DNA of 64,000 nucleotides, taken from the NCBI RefSeq assembly GCF_009914755.1, contig NC_060942.1. The stretch is one strand, 5' to 3'. The position numbers and the translations under genes are program-made. The stretch is from the human T2T-CHM13v2.0 reference genome, Homo sapiens. Of this stretch, positions 28,761 through 41,339 are shown piece after piece. The notes beneath the pieces were generated by a model. It had not been told where the DNA came from. It saw only the letters and a list, made by a program, of their open reading frames with translations, and made no database searches. The first letter of the stretch is position 1; each line of letters opens with the position of its first letter.

Positions 28761-31497
28761 CCACTGAAAATATCCCTAACAGAGGCCACCAAGGCCGGAT
28801 CTCATGCCCACCTCTCAGCCACAGCCATGTGGACTGACCCTCCTGTGACATCAAGCGGGTGGCCCCCACCCTTCCTTCTGAGGTGTGTCCCCAGGCTATG
28901 GGACACCAGCTGCCTTGGCTTTCTTCTGTCTTTGGTTGTTCCTCCACATATTCCCATTCATCCCCCTCTCCTTGCATGTTGTGTTCCCAGGATTCTGTCC
29001 TCACTCCTACACTCTCTAGGGACCTGGATCACTCCATGGCTCTAATTACCACTTATATGCAAACAATTTCCAAGTCTGTATTTCCAATGCAAACCTCTTT
29101 GCCTAAGCTCACTCAAGCTGGTCATCTCTACATCAGTGCCTAGTTAGCACCAACGTTCATCAGCAAATGCCTGAGTTCTGACTCTTACCATATTCTCCCT
29201 CAGTTGCTGCAATAACCTCAGCTAGTTTACACATCTCTGGACTGGCCTCGCAAACCTGATCCGTTCTTACAATGCAGCCTGAGTGCTCCTTCAAGATGTA
29301 ATATTTCCATCTCCCAGATTTATAACCATGACGACTTCTCCAAAACTTTCAGAGGATGATTCACTTGTTTTGGCTTAACCTGCAAGCCTCACTCCTCTCT
29401 AACTTCATGATTGCCAGGACCCTTTCGTTCCCACTACAACGAATGGCTTACCCTTCTCCCAGGCCTTTGTGATCTTTCCTCTTGGCCAGAAATGCGTTTC
29501 TCAAGGTGGCATAGCTCTAAAGCCCACCTCCACTGCTCCCCCTTTTCTCACGTCCATGGAGCTTATACGCAGCTGTCATCTCACATTTACTTGGGTGTAC
29601 CACCTCCCTCCCAGGCCATCAACTCCTTCAGGGCCATTCTCGTGTTATTTCATTTTTTTCTTTTCAGACCCAGCACCTGAGAAAATATTAAAAGAACTTC
29701 TGAGATCCTGAAATGAGTTGTTTTTATATATGTTATTTATTATTGTGCTAGTTCAACCAGCCAAAAAAAGTGCAGTGTTGCTTCTTACATGAAATTAACT
29801 AGATACTTTTCTTTTGTTGTTAGTTTTGTAGCCAGAACAATGGTTGTTTACAGAAGGAACAAAAATGAAAAGGATCTGCAGGTACAAAGTCACCTGTTTC
29901 CTGCACACACCTCTCTGTATTGTCTGGGTCCTATATTAGTATGTTTCTCATTAATTGAGAATATAAATGTTAGAAATAAATATGTAGGCACACACAAGGC
30001 ATTGCCAGTAAAATGTTAATCAATGACCAGATACAAAGAGGCTGGGGAAGGCTTTAAAATTCCTGGCTTGGAGTGCAATGAAATTTCATCAGCCCCTTGG
30101 GCCTGCTGGGACCAGTTCAAAGCTGATGGGGTGTGCTGCCTGAGGCTGCCAGGAAAGTGTTAGCAACGGGTGAGGCTGCAGTTGTGCCTCAGAGAATGGG
30201 TAGGGTTTTGGAACCTGGAAATGTGGATGCAACAGCAGATTCAGAAACTGGAAAATCCAACAGCAGGTAGGCAAATGGTTTGATGTACATGCAACTTCCC
30301 AGAGACATGTCTATGGCATGGAGGTACCTGGCACTGCACAACTCCATCTCATGTGTTGACTCCCTGAGGGCAGAGAGGGCTGAGTAGCACCTGCAATGGG
30401 TCCCCAAAGTCAATCCATGCAGGACCTACTGTGGGTCACAGGCAGAATAGGCCTGAAAATGCCATTGAGGTGCTCCTGGTTGACGGTGCCAGCCCGGTTG
30501 ATGGTCCCCAAAGCACAGTGCATCTTCAATGACAGTGGTTCCTAAATCCATGGAGTCTTGGCCCTTCCTTTGTCAGATTTAGTTTGGGCACCCCCAGCAG
30601 GATACAGTTCCTGAACCTGGTTTCAGTTTGAGGAAGCCAAGGTTGGGGTTGGAGCTCTCTGCATGGAGTTTGGGGAACACAGCCCATTTCTCTGCCAGGA
30701 AAGCAGTGGAAGTGACATAGCTACGCTCGGTGAGGACAGCCTTGGTTTTGTTCAAATCACAAAGGCAGAGCTGCCTTCCCCTCCCTGCCAGCAGGGCCCA
30801 GGCTCTTTAAGCCTGGTCCTGGGGCTTTCCGTAGACTGTCCAGAGAGATGACACTCACCATTCCATTCCTTCTCTTGATTGTGACAGAGTCTGAACCTGG
30901 GGAGGAAATGATGAACCTGTGATCTTCACAACTTCTCCAGATTAACTGGATCAAAGCCTGCCTCATGGTGAAATTAGCTCTTCAGGAAGTGTCTGCTCAG
31001 CTCGTTGTAGAGGATGCAGTTCCTGCAGGCTCCAGATACCATCTGACACCCACCAACAAATTCTTTCCTCTTGTTTTTCGCCTTCCTTCCCGGATCCCTA
31101 ACCCTAGTCATTAATCTTTGTCTTTCAAATGTTTTCCTAGACCGTGGGAGATGGAATGAATCCTAGTGTGGTCTGCCTGCATTCTGAGAAAGTCAGAGAT
31201 AACATGGCCACGAGGCCAGGGGAGGAGCACTGGGGGTCAGGTCCTAGGACCTGCTGCCTACAATCACCTGGATTCCAAACCCAGGCCATGAACTGACTGC
31301 CAGCCTGGTGTGAGGGGGATGCAGAGTAGGTGAGCCCCAAAGTGGGGCTTATCCTGTGAGGTTCTTGGCTTTGCCCAGGAAAGAATTCAAGGGCAAGCCA
31401 GAGGAAACAGCTTAACTGAAGCAGCAGTGTGACAGCTTCGTGACTGTTCCTGCAGAGACAGAGGTTAGCAGTTCAAGGCAGTTCTGCAGTCTTATTT

Positions 31498-32100
<603 letters not shown>

Positions 32101-32543
32101 TCAGTCATATTTATACCTACTTTTAATTACATGTGGACTAAGAGGTGGTTTATGGAGAAATTTCCAGGTAAAAGGCAGTAACTTTGGGGTTGTCAGGTCA
32201 TTGCCGTAGAAAAAGGCAGTAACTCCCGGGTATTGCCGTGGCAATGGTAAACTGACATGGCACACTGGTGGTTATGTCTTATGGAAAGCTGCTTCAACCC
32301 CATTCCAGTTTTAGCTAGTCCTCAACTTGGTCCAGTGTCTAAGCCCTGCCCTACATGTTGAGTCTCAACTCCCACCTCAAGGGCACCACAGCAGAGAGCA
32401 GAGAGCTGCAGCCAAAACCCCAGGTTTCATGGGACTGGCTCATTCATGCTGGGCAGATGGTCCCCCGACAGGTCTCCCCTAAAGTGCTCCAAGTCCTTCT
32501 CAATCGCTGTATGTCACAACTCTTATTTTAATTAGGCATAAAA

Positions 32544-32590
32544 ATTACGTAATGCAGAAATTACATAATGTGATTACATAATTACATTAG
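32544..32590. promoter_or_regulatory. Homotypic D-box (PAR-bZIP/NFIL3) motif cluster
   Basis: ATTACGTAAT (32544-32553) and ATTACATAAT (32560-32569, 32573-32582) all fit RTTAYGTAAY on one strand. Confidence 0.4.
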
Positions 32591-33886
32591 CCTTTGGGGT
32601 TGGAGTATTCTGATTTGCTAAATAAGACCACCAGAGAATTATCTACAGAAAAAATACCTGCTTTAGAACAAGCGAAGCATCCAGCACAGTTCTCATAAGT
32701 ATTGGTTGAATGAATATGTTTTGGGTAAAATACTAAGTAAGTCATATAACACATTATATATGACATGCTATAGAAAGCTTGGAAAATATAGGGAGAAAAC
32801 TACTCATAACCTCACCATTATGACCCAACTGTTGCGGTTTTGTGGTTTCTCTTTTACTTTTTACACGCAAAAGTCAATAGTTCTCCTCATCGTGTTCTGG
32901 TGATCTTGCAGCTTGATTTTCTTCATCTTAAATGTATATCATGACCAGCTTCCCATGTTGCCCGTATAATCCACATAATTACTGTGTCAATGACTATGTT
33001 TCCGATTTCATGGTGAAAATGTTTCATCGTGAACTTACATTTCCCTAACATTAGGCATTTATGTTGCTTATAATTTTTGCCATTTTTACATAATGCTGTG
33101 ATGAACATCTTATTCCATATAGCTTGCTTAATAATATTAACAATTTGATGCAGCTACAGCAAATCTGAGTTTCATGATTCTTATCTTCATGATACTAAGC
33201 ACTTAGGCTTAGCACTGAGAAGAGAAAAAGACATTTCAGATGATAGTCAATCCAATAAAAGCCTTTGTGTGTTTAATCCTATAATATAGCAAAACTTCAT
33301 TAAATCAGATTAACTAGGGGAAGGTAAGACTCAGTTAGTGGATCTAAGTAAGGAAATGTTATTTTATTACTTCTAATTACACAGAAATGCAAGTTTGTTG
33401 TTTAGTTTTTCCAAGTGAAAATCCTTCAAGATTTGCAAATACTATTTAATTTGTGAGAAACACTGACAATGTTAAGTTGACGACAATGGGCACTGATAAT
33501 GTACTTACAACGTAGTTGATATAATCTAGTGGCAAGGTGATTTTAAAATCCGGACAGCATCCTGGCCAGCTGATGGGTGACTTTGCATGGCTAGGAAGCA
33601 GTAGGATGAAGTAAGGCATTGCCGGACGTTTGTCTAAAGAGCAAGCTCATATTTTCCTGCTTCTGCTATGTAGGTGACTTGGTTGCCACAGACAGGCTGG
33701 GGTTTCTTCTCCACAGACATGATCCAGGCTCTTGGGCTGGGAGAACTACATGGCTGAAAGCTGGAGCACGCTCTGAGGAGAGGGGAGAAAGGCCGACAGC
33801 AGTGCCCAGCACAGAGCAGGTGCTCCATAAACATGTATTGAATTAATTTTTGATGAATTAGTAATGATTTAATTGGATAGGGAGGC

Positions 33887-34232
33887 TGTGATAGTTTGCC
33901 TCTTTGCCTACTTGGCCAGGCCATGGTACCCAGTTACTGAATTAAATGCTGACCTAAGTGTTGCCGTGGGGTCTTTTGTAGATGTGGTGAACACCTACGA
34001 TCAATAAGACAGATTACCCTTGATAATATGGGTTGGATCAGTTGAAAGTCTTAATAGCAAAAACTGAAATTTCCCAGAAAAGAGGAAATTCTGCTTCAAG
34101 ACTGCAACATGCCCTCTGGCCTGAGTCTCCAGGTGCTGGTCTGCCCTGCTGAATGCACACCTGACCGCTCCTGTGGTGGTCTGAGCCAGTCTGCTGCTGG
34201 CTCCGCTCCTCTGGAGAGCCCTGGCTCATTCA
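33887..34232 (+). mobile_element. MLT2D-like ERVL LTR
   Basis: TGTGATAGTT start, gattacccttgataat and gaggaaattctgcttcaagactgcaac blocks, ctggagagccctggctcattca end. Confidence 0.7.
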
Positions 34233-34519
34233 GAGGGCCTCGGCTTTCCTCCAAGTTGCTCCTGGAACTCTAGCACCAAGCTCAAGTCCTCCAGGCAACA
34301 GACTGAAAAATGCTGTTCTGGGGAACCTGACCAGCCCAAGAGGAAATTTCCTAAATACAGGTAGTGGTGCTAGTGGGTCCCCAATGACACAGCCCAGCAG
34401 ATCACCCCACGAGAACCCTACACCCACCAAACCCATACAAATCCTCACATCTTTGATCAGCTTCTTGGTTCCAGTTACCAACTGTGAAGAAGATGGAAAT
34501 CCAGGAACACTCAGGGAAT

Positions 34520-35865
34520 AACAATAAAAGGGCTCCTGGCTATGAAAAGATAATGGCAAAATGAAAAACTCAGTAGAAGAATTAGAAGATAAAGATTTGG
34601 AAATCTCCAGAACATAGAGCAAAAAGAGAACAGAAAAGAGGAGAGAAAAGATAAGACAAAAGTAGATCGTTCCAGAAAGCCTAATATCCTAACATTTTTA
34701 TAAAAACATAAAAATAATATCTAAAACAGAAGAAATAATCAAAAAATAATTCGAGAAAATTTCTCAAGTAAAAGGCATGAGTTTCCTGATAGAAAGACTC
34801 ATTAAAGACCCACTAAAATGAATGGAATTTTATAGTATGGTGAAGGTTCAAAACGCTGTACACACAAAAAAACTACAAATGTCCAGAAAGAAAAGCGTAA
34901 GTGACATCTAACAAGCAGAAATCAAAATCACTTCACTAGGCAATAGCAGGAACTCAGAGGCAATGGTGCCTAATTTCTTCATTATTCTAAAGGAAAAATA
35001 CATTTTCAGCTTAGACGTCTATGTCTAGCCAAACAGATTGCATTACAGCAGATTCAAGGCATTTCAGAGAAGCAAGGTCTAAAATAAATGAACTCCCAGG
35101 CTCCCTTTCTCAGACAGACACTGAAATGTGCTCCACCAAACCAAGAAAGTGAAGCTATGGAATACAGAAAGAAGTGAGAGGAGGACAATGCGTGTCACAG
35201 TAGTGAACGGCCATCTCGGAATCTAGCTGCTCACTTGGCCTAGAGGGTGACCCTCAGATGGAGTGGGGTAGGAGGACCTGGGAGACGCCTTCAGGATAGC
35301 AGGACTGGTGGCTGAATGTCTTGACAGGAGATTCGGACAAATGGAAAGTAGTTTGAGGTTGAATTCTTAATAAAAACATGAAAACCAAGCAAACAAAACA
35401 AGACACTTAGGAAGTACAGGGAAAACAAAACTTTGCAGAGCAAATGCATGGCTCAGCTGTGGATAATCTTTAGTCATAATGATATAAACATTGAACACTG
35501 ATGTAAGCAAAATGATGGTGGGACAACACTGGGGAGGTCTGTGAAGGTGGTGGGGATGGAAGTGGAGTAAGGGCAGGTGGAGAGTCCAGTGAACCTTCGT
35601 CTCCATCACAAGTGAGTAAATAATGCCTGATGTTGCAAGGTGAAAGGTGGCAGTGGCAATTGAGCATGGGTTTTAAAGACAGAGAGGTAAATACTCAAAT
35701 CTCAGCTCCCAGTGAAGTGACTACTTCCTTGAGGGGGAAATGAGGGACAGGAGGGCTGGGAGCCACTGCTTTTTGTAACAATCTTTGCAGAGCTTTTTGA
35801 ATGTTTAAACTATGTGCATACATAACTTTGGTGACAATAAAAGCTAGAACACAAAACAAAAAATG
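34520..35865 (+). mobile_element. Old L1M/HAL1 ORF1-region fragments
   Basis: A-rich degenerate ORF1-like sequence (aactcagtagaagaattagaagataaa; agaaaatttctc; gctccctttctcag) ending in AATAAA and an A-rich tail. Confidence 0.55.
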
Positions 35866-36414
35866 AAAACCTTAATATTCAGCCCAGCCTATGTCCAAAT
35901 GATCTCAAAAGTGTCTAAGTATTCATGACTTCTTGCTGTCATAAAACCACCACACCACTGAGTAGTTCCAGCATGTCACCATTTCATTAAAATCTTACCA
36001 CTTTGGAGGCACAGATGAAATTGTAGAACTTGAGGTGCTTCCCAGTTGGGGGTGTGCCCCGCTCTAGGATAAGGCGATATTTCTATTCCCTGTGGAGCGA
36101 GAATACCCGTAATCTTACCTAAGCGGGTAATCTTCTGTCCCCTATTCTAGAATGCTTTTCACCTTTCCTCTAGTTGCTTGGTAAGAGCTATACTACGCTG
36201 AGCCTGGTGACTTATCAGTGCTGACCATGGGTGATACTCAAGCACCAAGGTCTGTAGTCACAGGTTTATTAACACCTGTGGGCAGGTGTTAACCCCGACA
36301 CAATGAGAGACCTCACAAGCTGAAGGTGGCAGAGAACTCTGAGGGAAAAAGGCAAATTTTGGTTAGGAAAAGAAATTCACCCTGGTGTTCTCAATACTCT
36401 TCCTCCACACCCGG

Positions 36415-36759
36415 TGCATTAGTCTGTTGTCATGCTGCTAATAAAGACATACCCGAGCCTGGGTAAATTTATGAAGGGAAGAGATTTAATGGACTCACAG
36501 CTCCACATGGCTGGAGAGGCCTCACAAATCATGGCAGAAGGTGAAGGAAGAGCTTACATGGCAGCAGGCGAGACAGTGTGTTCAGGGGGAACTCCCCTTT
36601 ATAAAACCATCCGATCTTGCAATGCTTATTCACTACCATGAGAACAGTGTGGGGGAACCTGCCTGCATGATTCAGTTATCTCCACCTGGCCCCACCCTTG
36701 ACATGTGGGGATTATACAATTCAAGGTGACTTGGGTGGGGACACAGCCAAACCATACCA
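36415..36759 (-). mobile_element. THE1 (MaLR) solo LTR
   Basis: tgcattagtctgttgtcatgctgctaataaagacatacc...gggtggggacacagccaaaccatacca is the antisense of the THE1B/C consensus. Confidence 0.9.
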
Positions 36760-37440
36760 CCCACTCATGTGACGTGGGTGGTCGTATGTTGGAAGGGGGA
36801 TGGAACTATGAGACAATCGTATTGGGCAGACTGTTTTTTTGTGTGTGCACCTTTGGGATTGGCTCACGGCCCATGGGCTGGGTCTTTGGGAACATGGACC
36901 AGCATCTCTGAAAAGGAGACATTTTCACCACCTCCTTTTCTTGATAGGCTGAAGAGCATTGCTGGCCAGCAGCGAGCCGGTACTTGGTATTCAAAGTCAG
37001 ATCTGTCTGACTCCCGTGCTCATGGTCTTTCAACTATTCTTGAAAAATTTTAGAGGCCTGGTGATAGTTAATTTTATGTGCCAACTTGACTGGCCCACAG
37101 GGTGCCCACATATCTGGCTATACATTGTTTTCCCTTGCTTTGCTTTTTTTTGGAACTAATTAAACTCTAGACTTTATTTGAATTTGATTAGTTTTCCATT
37201 TAGGGTTTTTTTTTTTTTTTCTTTTTCTGGGATCCAATCCATGATGCCACACTGCATTTAGCATATATAGATTTTTGAGGAATGTGATTAAGCACTGGGC
37301 TTTTCACGGTTTTGCTTTAAAAAATCAAATTTGCTTAAACAGAAGGAAGGAAATTGCACAAAAATCAACACAGTTTGTTGAAACTATTTTTGTATGACAA
37401 ATAAAACTTAACCAAATCAACTCACAGGTCTGATAATTAC

Positions 37441-37441
<1 letters not shown>

Positions 37442-37485
<44 letters not shown>
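37442..37485. repeat. (CA)n microsatellite
   Basis: About 21-22 perfect CA units. Confidence 0.98.
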
Positions 37486-37487
<2 letters not shown>

Positions 37488-38866
37488 GCTCCTCTTGACA
37501 GAACATAAAATGCAACATTGGAACAAAGAGAAACTAGGTGAGCGATTGGTGCTGACTGCCTGCTGTCCACTCAGACCGCAGCCAGCCACCAAAATCCTCC
37601 CTCCCCTGGAGATGGATTTGCCCAGTGACCTTCCCAGCATCAAGTCTGCTACTCACATGCAGAGTGGCAGGCTGGGGCCTGGAGGTCAACCTCACAAACT
37701 AGGACTTGCCCGAGACCCGTAAGGGAGGCACTGGTAGAGCGGGGGCCAGAAAGCAGGTCTCCCCATGTGCCTGGGGTCTCACTCTGGGAGCCGGCTTCAG
37801 GCACACAGAGTACACCCAGGCACTGGCTTCCAGGACCAACCTGGAGCATGTCAGACGCACGCTGTGAGAGAAAAAGGGACAAATCCCAACACCATGAGAA
37901 AATGAAGGAAAGAAAAATGCTTCCAGACTATCGCTAACCTAATATTTTCTTATTTCTTAAACTTGGAAAACCTTTGCCCATTTTCAGATCTCTGGGCATG
38001 TTCCCAAGAAATCCTGCTACTTCCAGTGATTAAAAGCCCCCTGGGACAGCACTCTTGGGCACTTAAGATTCGAATTTCTATATTACGGTCTCATGTTTCC
38101 CAACTGGAAATACCACAGTTAATATATCTAGGTTTAAAATACAGCACTCGAAGTATTTGCTAATGTTTCACTTAATCTTGCATTCCTCTGGCACCTGTAG
38201 AAATTAGGAGCCTGGGGAAAATAGTGATTAGCAAGCATTTATAGCTGATAGCACCCTGTAATTGCAAAAGGAACTTTTAAATGCTTTTAGGCCGTTCATT
38301 TCCCAGTCCCTCTCCTGTGAGAAGGTGGCTGTATTCCAGAAAGTTTGCTAGGCCGTTCCAAAAAGTTATAGCACACATGTGCGGGAGACAGAATCCTCGC
38401 CGTTCTCAAGCCCAAGTTTGTCTGCTCCTGAAAAGCATATGGGGCGCTTCCTCAGCACAGAGCTGGGTATAAACCCGGGATCAAGTGGTTGCCCTCTACA
38501 ACCTTCCACCCCATTAGCACCCAAAAAAGGGGAACCCTTCGCCCTAGCGAACTTCAGTACATAGAATGCACAAATCACTTAGATGATTTTTCTCTGACAT
38601 GGTAAATCCCAGCTTCCTCAAGCTTTTTCATGTCATTCCATCACATCAGCATAATACTCTTTAGGAAACCATCTTTTTTTTTAAGCAATAAAATGTCAAG
38701 TGCAGGAACTACGAGTTTCCGCCTTTAGTTGTGCAATCTAAAAAGCCGATGGTCTGAGGGGTGCAGGGCCAGATCCCAGAAGGGGCACAACTTCTGTGAA
38801 ATTGCTTCTCAGTTCCCCTGTTTTTAAAAGAGGAGGTGGCATCTAACATAAAAGAATGCATGACTT

Positions 38867-39210
38867 GGCCAGGTGCAGTGGCTCACACCTGTAATCTCAG
38901 CACTTTGGGAGGCCAAGGCGGGTGGATCACCTGAGGTCAGAAGTTCAAGACCAGCCTGGACAATGAGGTGACACCTCGTCTCTACTAAGAATACAAAAAT
39001 TAGCTGGGCGTGGTGGCATGCACGCACCTGTAGCCCCAGCTACTCAGGGGGTTGAGGCAGGAGGATTGCTTGAGCCTGGGAGGTGGAGGTTTCAGCAAGC
39101 TGAGACTGCACTACTGCACTCCAGCCTGGGCAACAGAGTGAGCGAGAGCGAGAGGGAGAAGCAGAAGCAGAAGAAGAAGAAAAGGAAAGAAGAAAGAAGA
39201 AGAAGAGAAG
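38867..39210 (+). mobile_element. AluS with tail converted to a GA/GAA purine repeat
   Basis: TSD agaatgcatgactt/agaatgcattactt; tail 39141-39210 is (GAGA)/(GCAGAA)/(GAA)n. Confidence 0.95.
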
Positions 39211-39365
39211 AGAATGCATTACTTTACTCATTGTGGAATCTCAGGTATCTGCTGGAGTAAGGAGGGGCAGGAAGAGGGATCCTCTTCCTCAGTGTCTCAG
39301 CTCAGACAGTGGAAGCTGCCTGGGAGATCACAAGGCAGCTATGGCCTCCTCGGTGTACTCTAGGA

Positions 39366-39493
39366 CCATGGTTCTCAAAGCCTGGTGTGCACCAGAATCA
39401 CCTGTAAGTTGGGGTGGGGCCCGCATTTCTTACAAGTTCCTCGAGGTGGCTCCTGAGGCTGGTCGAGGGACCAGGGCACTCTGAGAACCACTG
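39366..39493. mobile_element. MER5A-like hAT MITE
   Basis: TIR-like ends ccatggttctcaaag...ctctgagaaccactgg and the internal cagaatcacctg motif. Confidence 0.75.
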
Positions 39494-39646
39494 GGCTGTA
39501 CCTGACAAGGAGCATCCAGGCCGCGCTTCTCTTACTCACTGTGCTGCCAGACACTGGATTTGAACTAAGATGTGTGCTGCGATTCTCCCCAACACCATCC
39601 ATATTTTCTGTTTACTGTCTGCCATAACAGAATACCATAGACTGAC

Positions 39647-39946
39647 AGCCAGGCATGGTGGATCATGCCTGTAATCCCAGTACGTTGGGAGGCCGAGGCA
39701 GGCGGATCACTTGACATCAGGAGTTTGAGACCAGCCTGGCCAACATGGCGAAACCCTGTCTCTCCTAAAAATACAAAAATTAGCTGGGCGTGGTGCAGAT
39801 GCCTATAATCCCAGCTACTCAGGAGCCTGAGGCAGGAGAATCGCTTGAACCTGGAGGCGGAGGATGCAGTGAGCCGAGATCGCGCCACTGCACTCCAGGT
39901 TTGGTGACAGAGGAAGAATTTGTCTATTAAAAAAAAAACAAAAACA
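39647..39946 (+). mobile_element. AluS
   Basis: TSD accatagactg. Confidence 0.95.
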
Positions 39947-40133
39947 AACCATAGACTGGGGGGCTTAGACAACAAGCATTTATTCCTCACAGTCCAGAGG
40001 CTGGAGGTCTGAGATCGGGGTGCCCACATGGCCGGGCTCTAGGGAGGATGCTTCTCCAGAGTACAGACTGCTGCCTTCCAGCCACATCCTCACATGGCTG
40101 AAGGAGGCTTAGAGGGCTCTCTGGGGGCCTCTT

Positions 40134-40421
40134 TTGTGTGTTTGTTTTGAGACAGGGTCTTACTCTGTCATCCATGCTGGAGTGCAGTGGTATGGCCATG
40201 GCTCCCTGTAGCCTCAACCTCCTAGACTCAAGCGCTCTTCTTGCCTCAGGCTCCTGAGTAGTTGGGAGTACAGGCATACACTATCACATCTGCCAAATTT
40301 TTTTTGTATTTTTTGTAGAGATGGGCTTTTGTCATGTTGCCAAGGCTGGTCTCAAACTCCTGGGCTCAAGCAATTGTCCATCTCAGCCTCTCAAAGTGCT
40401 GGGATTACACAGCACCTGGCC
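40134..40421 (-). mobile_element. AluJ
   Basis: Diverged antisense Alu with J-type ctcctgggctcaagc; TSD tgggggcctctt. Confidence 0.92.
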
Positions 40422-41011
40422 TGGGGGCCTCTTGTATGAAGGCATTAATCCAATTCGTGAGAGCCCCATCCTCATGACCACCTCCCGAAGGCCCCACCTC
40501 CTAGCACTACCACACTGGGGATGAGATTTTGATGTGAATTTTGGGGTGGACACAAACATTCAGTCCATAATAACCGTGTTTAAAGTGACTGAGCTAAATC
40601 ACTTACGGGAAAAACAACAATTTTTAATGTGGGAAAAAAAAAATCAACTGTTTTGTTGTTGTTTTTAAAGGAAAATTCCTAGGCTTTGAAAGTCTCACCT
40701 TTGGAACAGAATAGTGCTGATGCGTTCCTGTTGAGAATATTGAGCTACCCAGGTGAACGTGTACTTCACTCTGCTTCCTCATCTTAAGACTCACATTTTC
40801 TACAACCTCTGAGCTTATCTTGTTTTACCAGCCGCAGAGTATATGTAAGGGTTGCTATGTTTTAAGGCAAGAGCAGAGGAATATTAAAGAACCCAGTCTA
40901 AAAGCAGAAAAAGCCAACAGACGCAGAGATTATTTAAAGCTCTAGCACATTTCCGTGCTTAAGATGAACGGGTTCCAAACTGCCCCATTTGCCACTTAAC
41001 GACCTCCTTTC

Positions 41012-41171
41012 CCTCCACCCGCAGCTGCATTTGGGGAATGGAGCCAGAAGAAACGTTTCCCCATGCTTAGTGGTTCTCCTCTTCCTTTTCCTCCACCCGC
41101 AGCTGCATTTGGGGAATGGAGCCAGAAGAAACGTTTCCCCATGCTTAGTGGTTCTCCTCTTCCTTTTCCTC
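41012..41171. repeat. Perfect 78-bp tandem duplication
   Basis: 41012-41089 is identical to 41090-41167; CCTC microhomology at the junctions. Confidence 0.97.
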
Positions 41172-41339
41172 TGGTAAGTTCTGGAAGGATTCTTATGCAA
41201 TCAAAGAGCATGAAAAATGACTTGCAAGAGGAAAATAGACAAGTCAAAATAAAAGCAAACAAAACAAATGTGAAGGGGGTGCATGGGTTCTCCAAAACAG
41301 TGCAACTGTCATTCTGTGTGGAGAAATCATGGTCAAGTC

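Larger units (their letters stand above)
39600..40572 (-). mobile_element. MLT1A-type MaLR LTR carrying two Alu insertions
   Basis: ctgccataacagaataccatagactg...cttagacaacaagcatttattcctcacagt...gacacaaacattcagtccataata; continuity is restored when the Alus are removed. Confidence 0.85.

Noticed and set aside
28419-29045. 208-aa ORF
   Set aside because: Runs through an LTR and adjacent degenerate repeat sequence; non-ATG start and no domain.
38289-38358. Two TAGGCCGTTC words as MYB sites of a piRNA-cluster promoter
   Set aside because: Poor match to the MYB consensus YAACKG and no CpG island or other promoter features.
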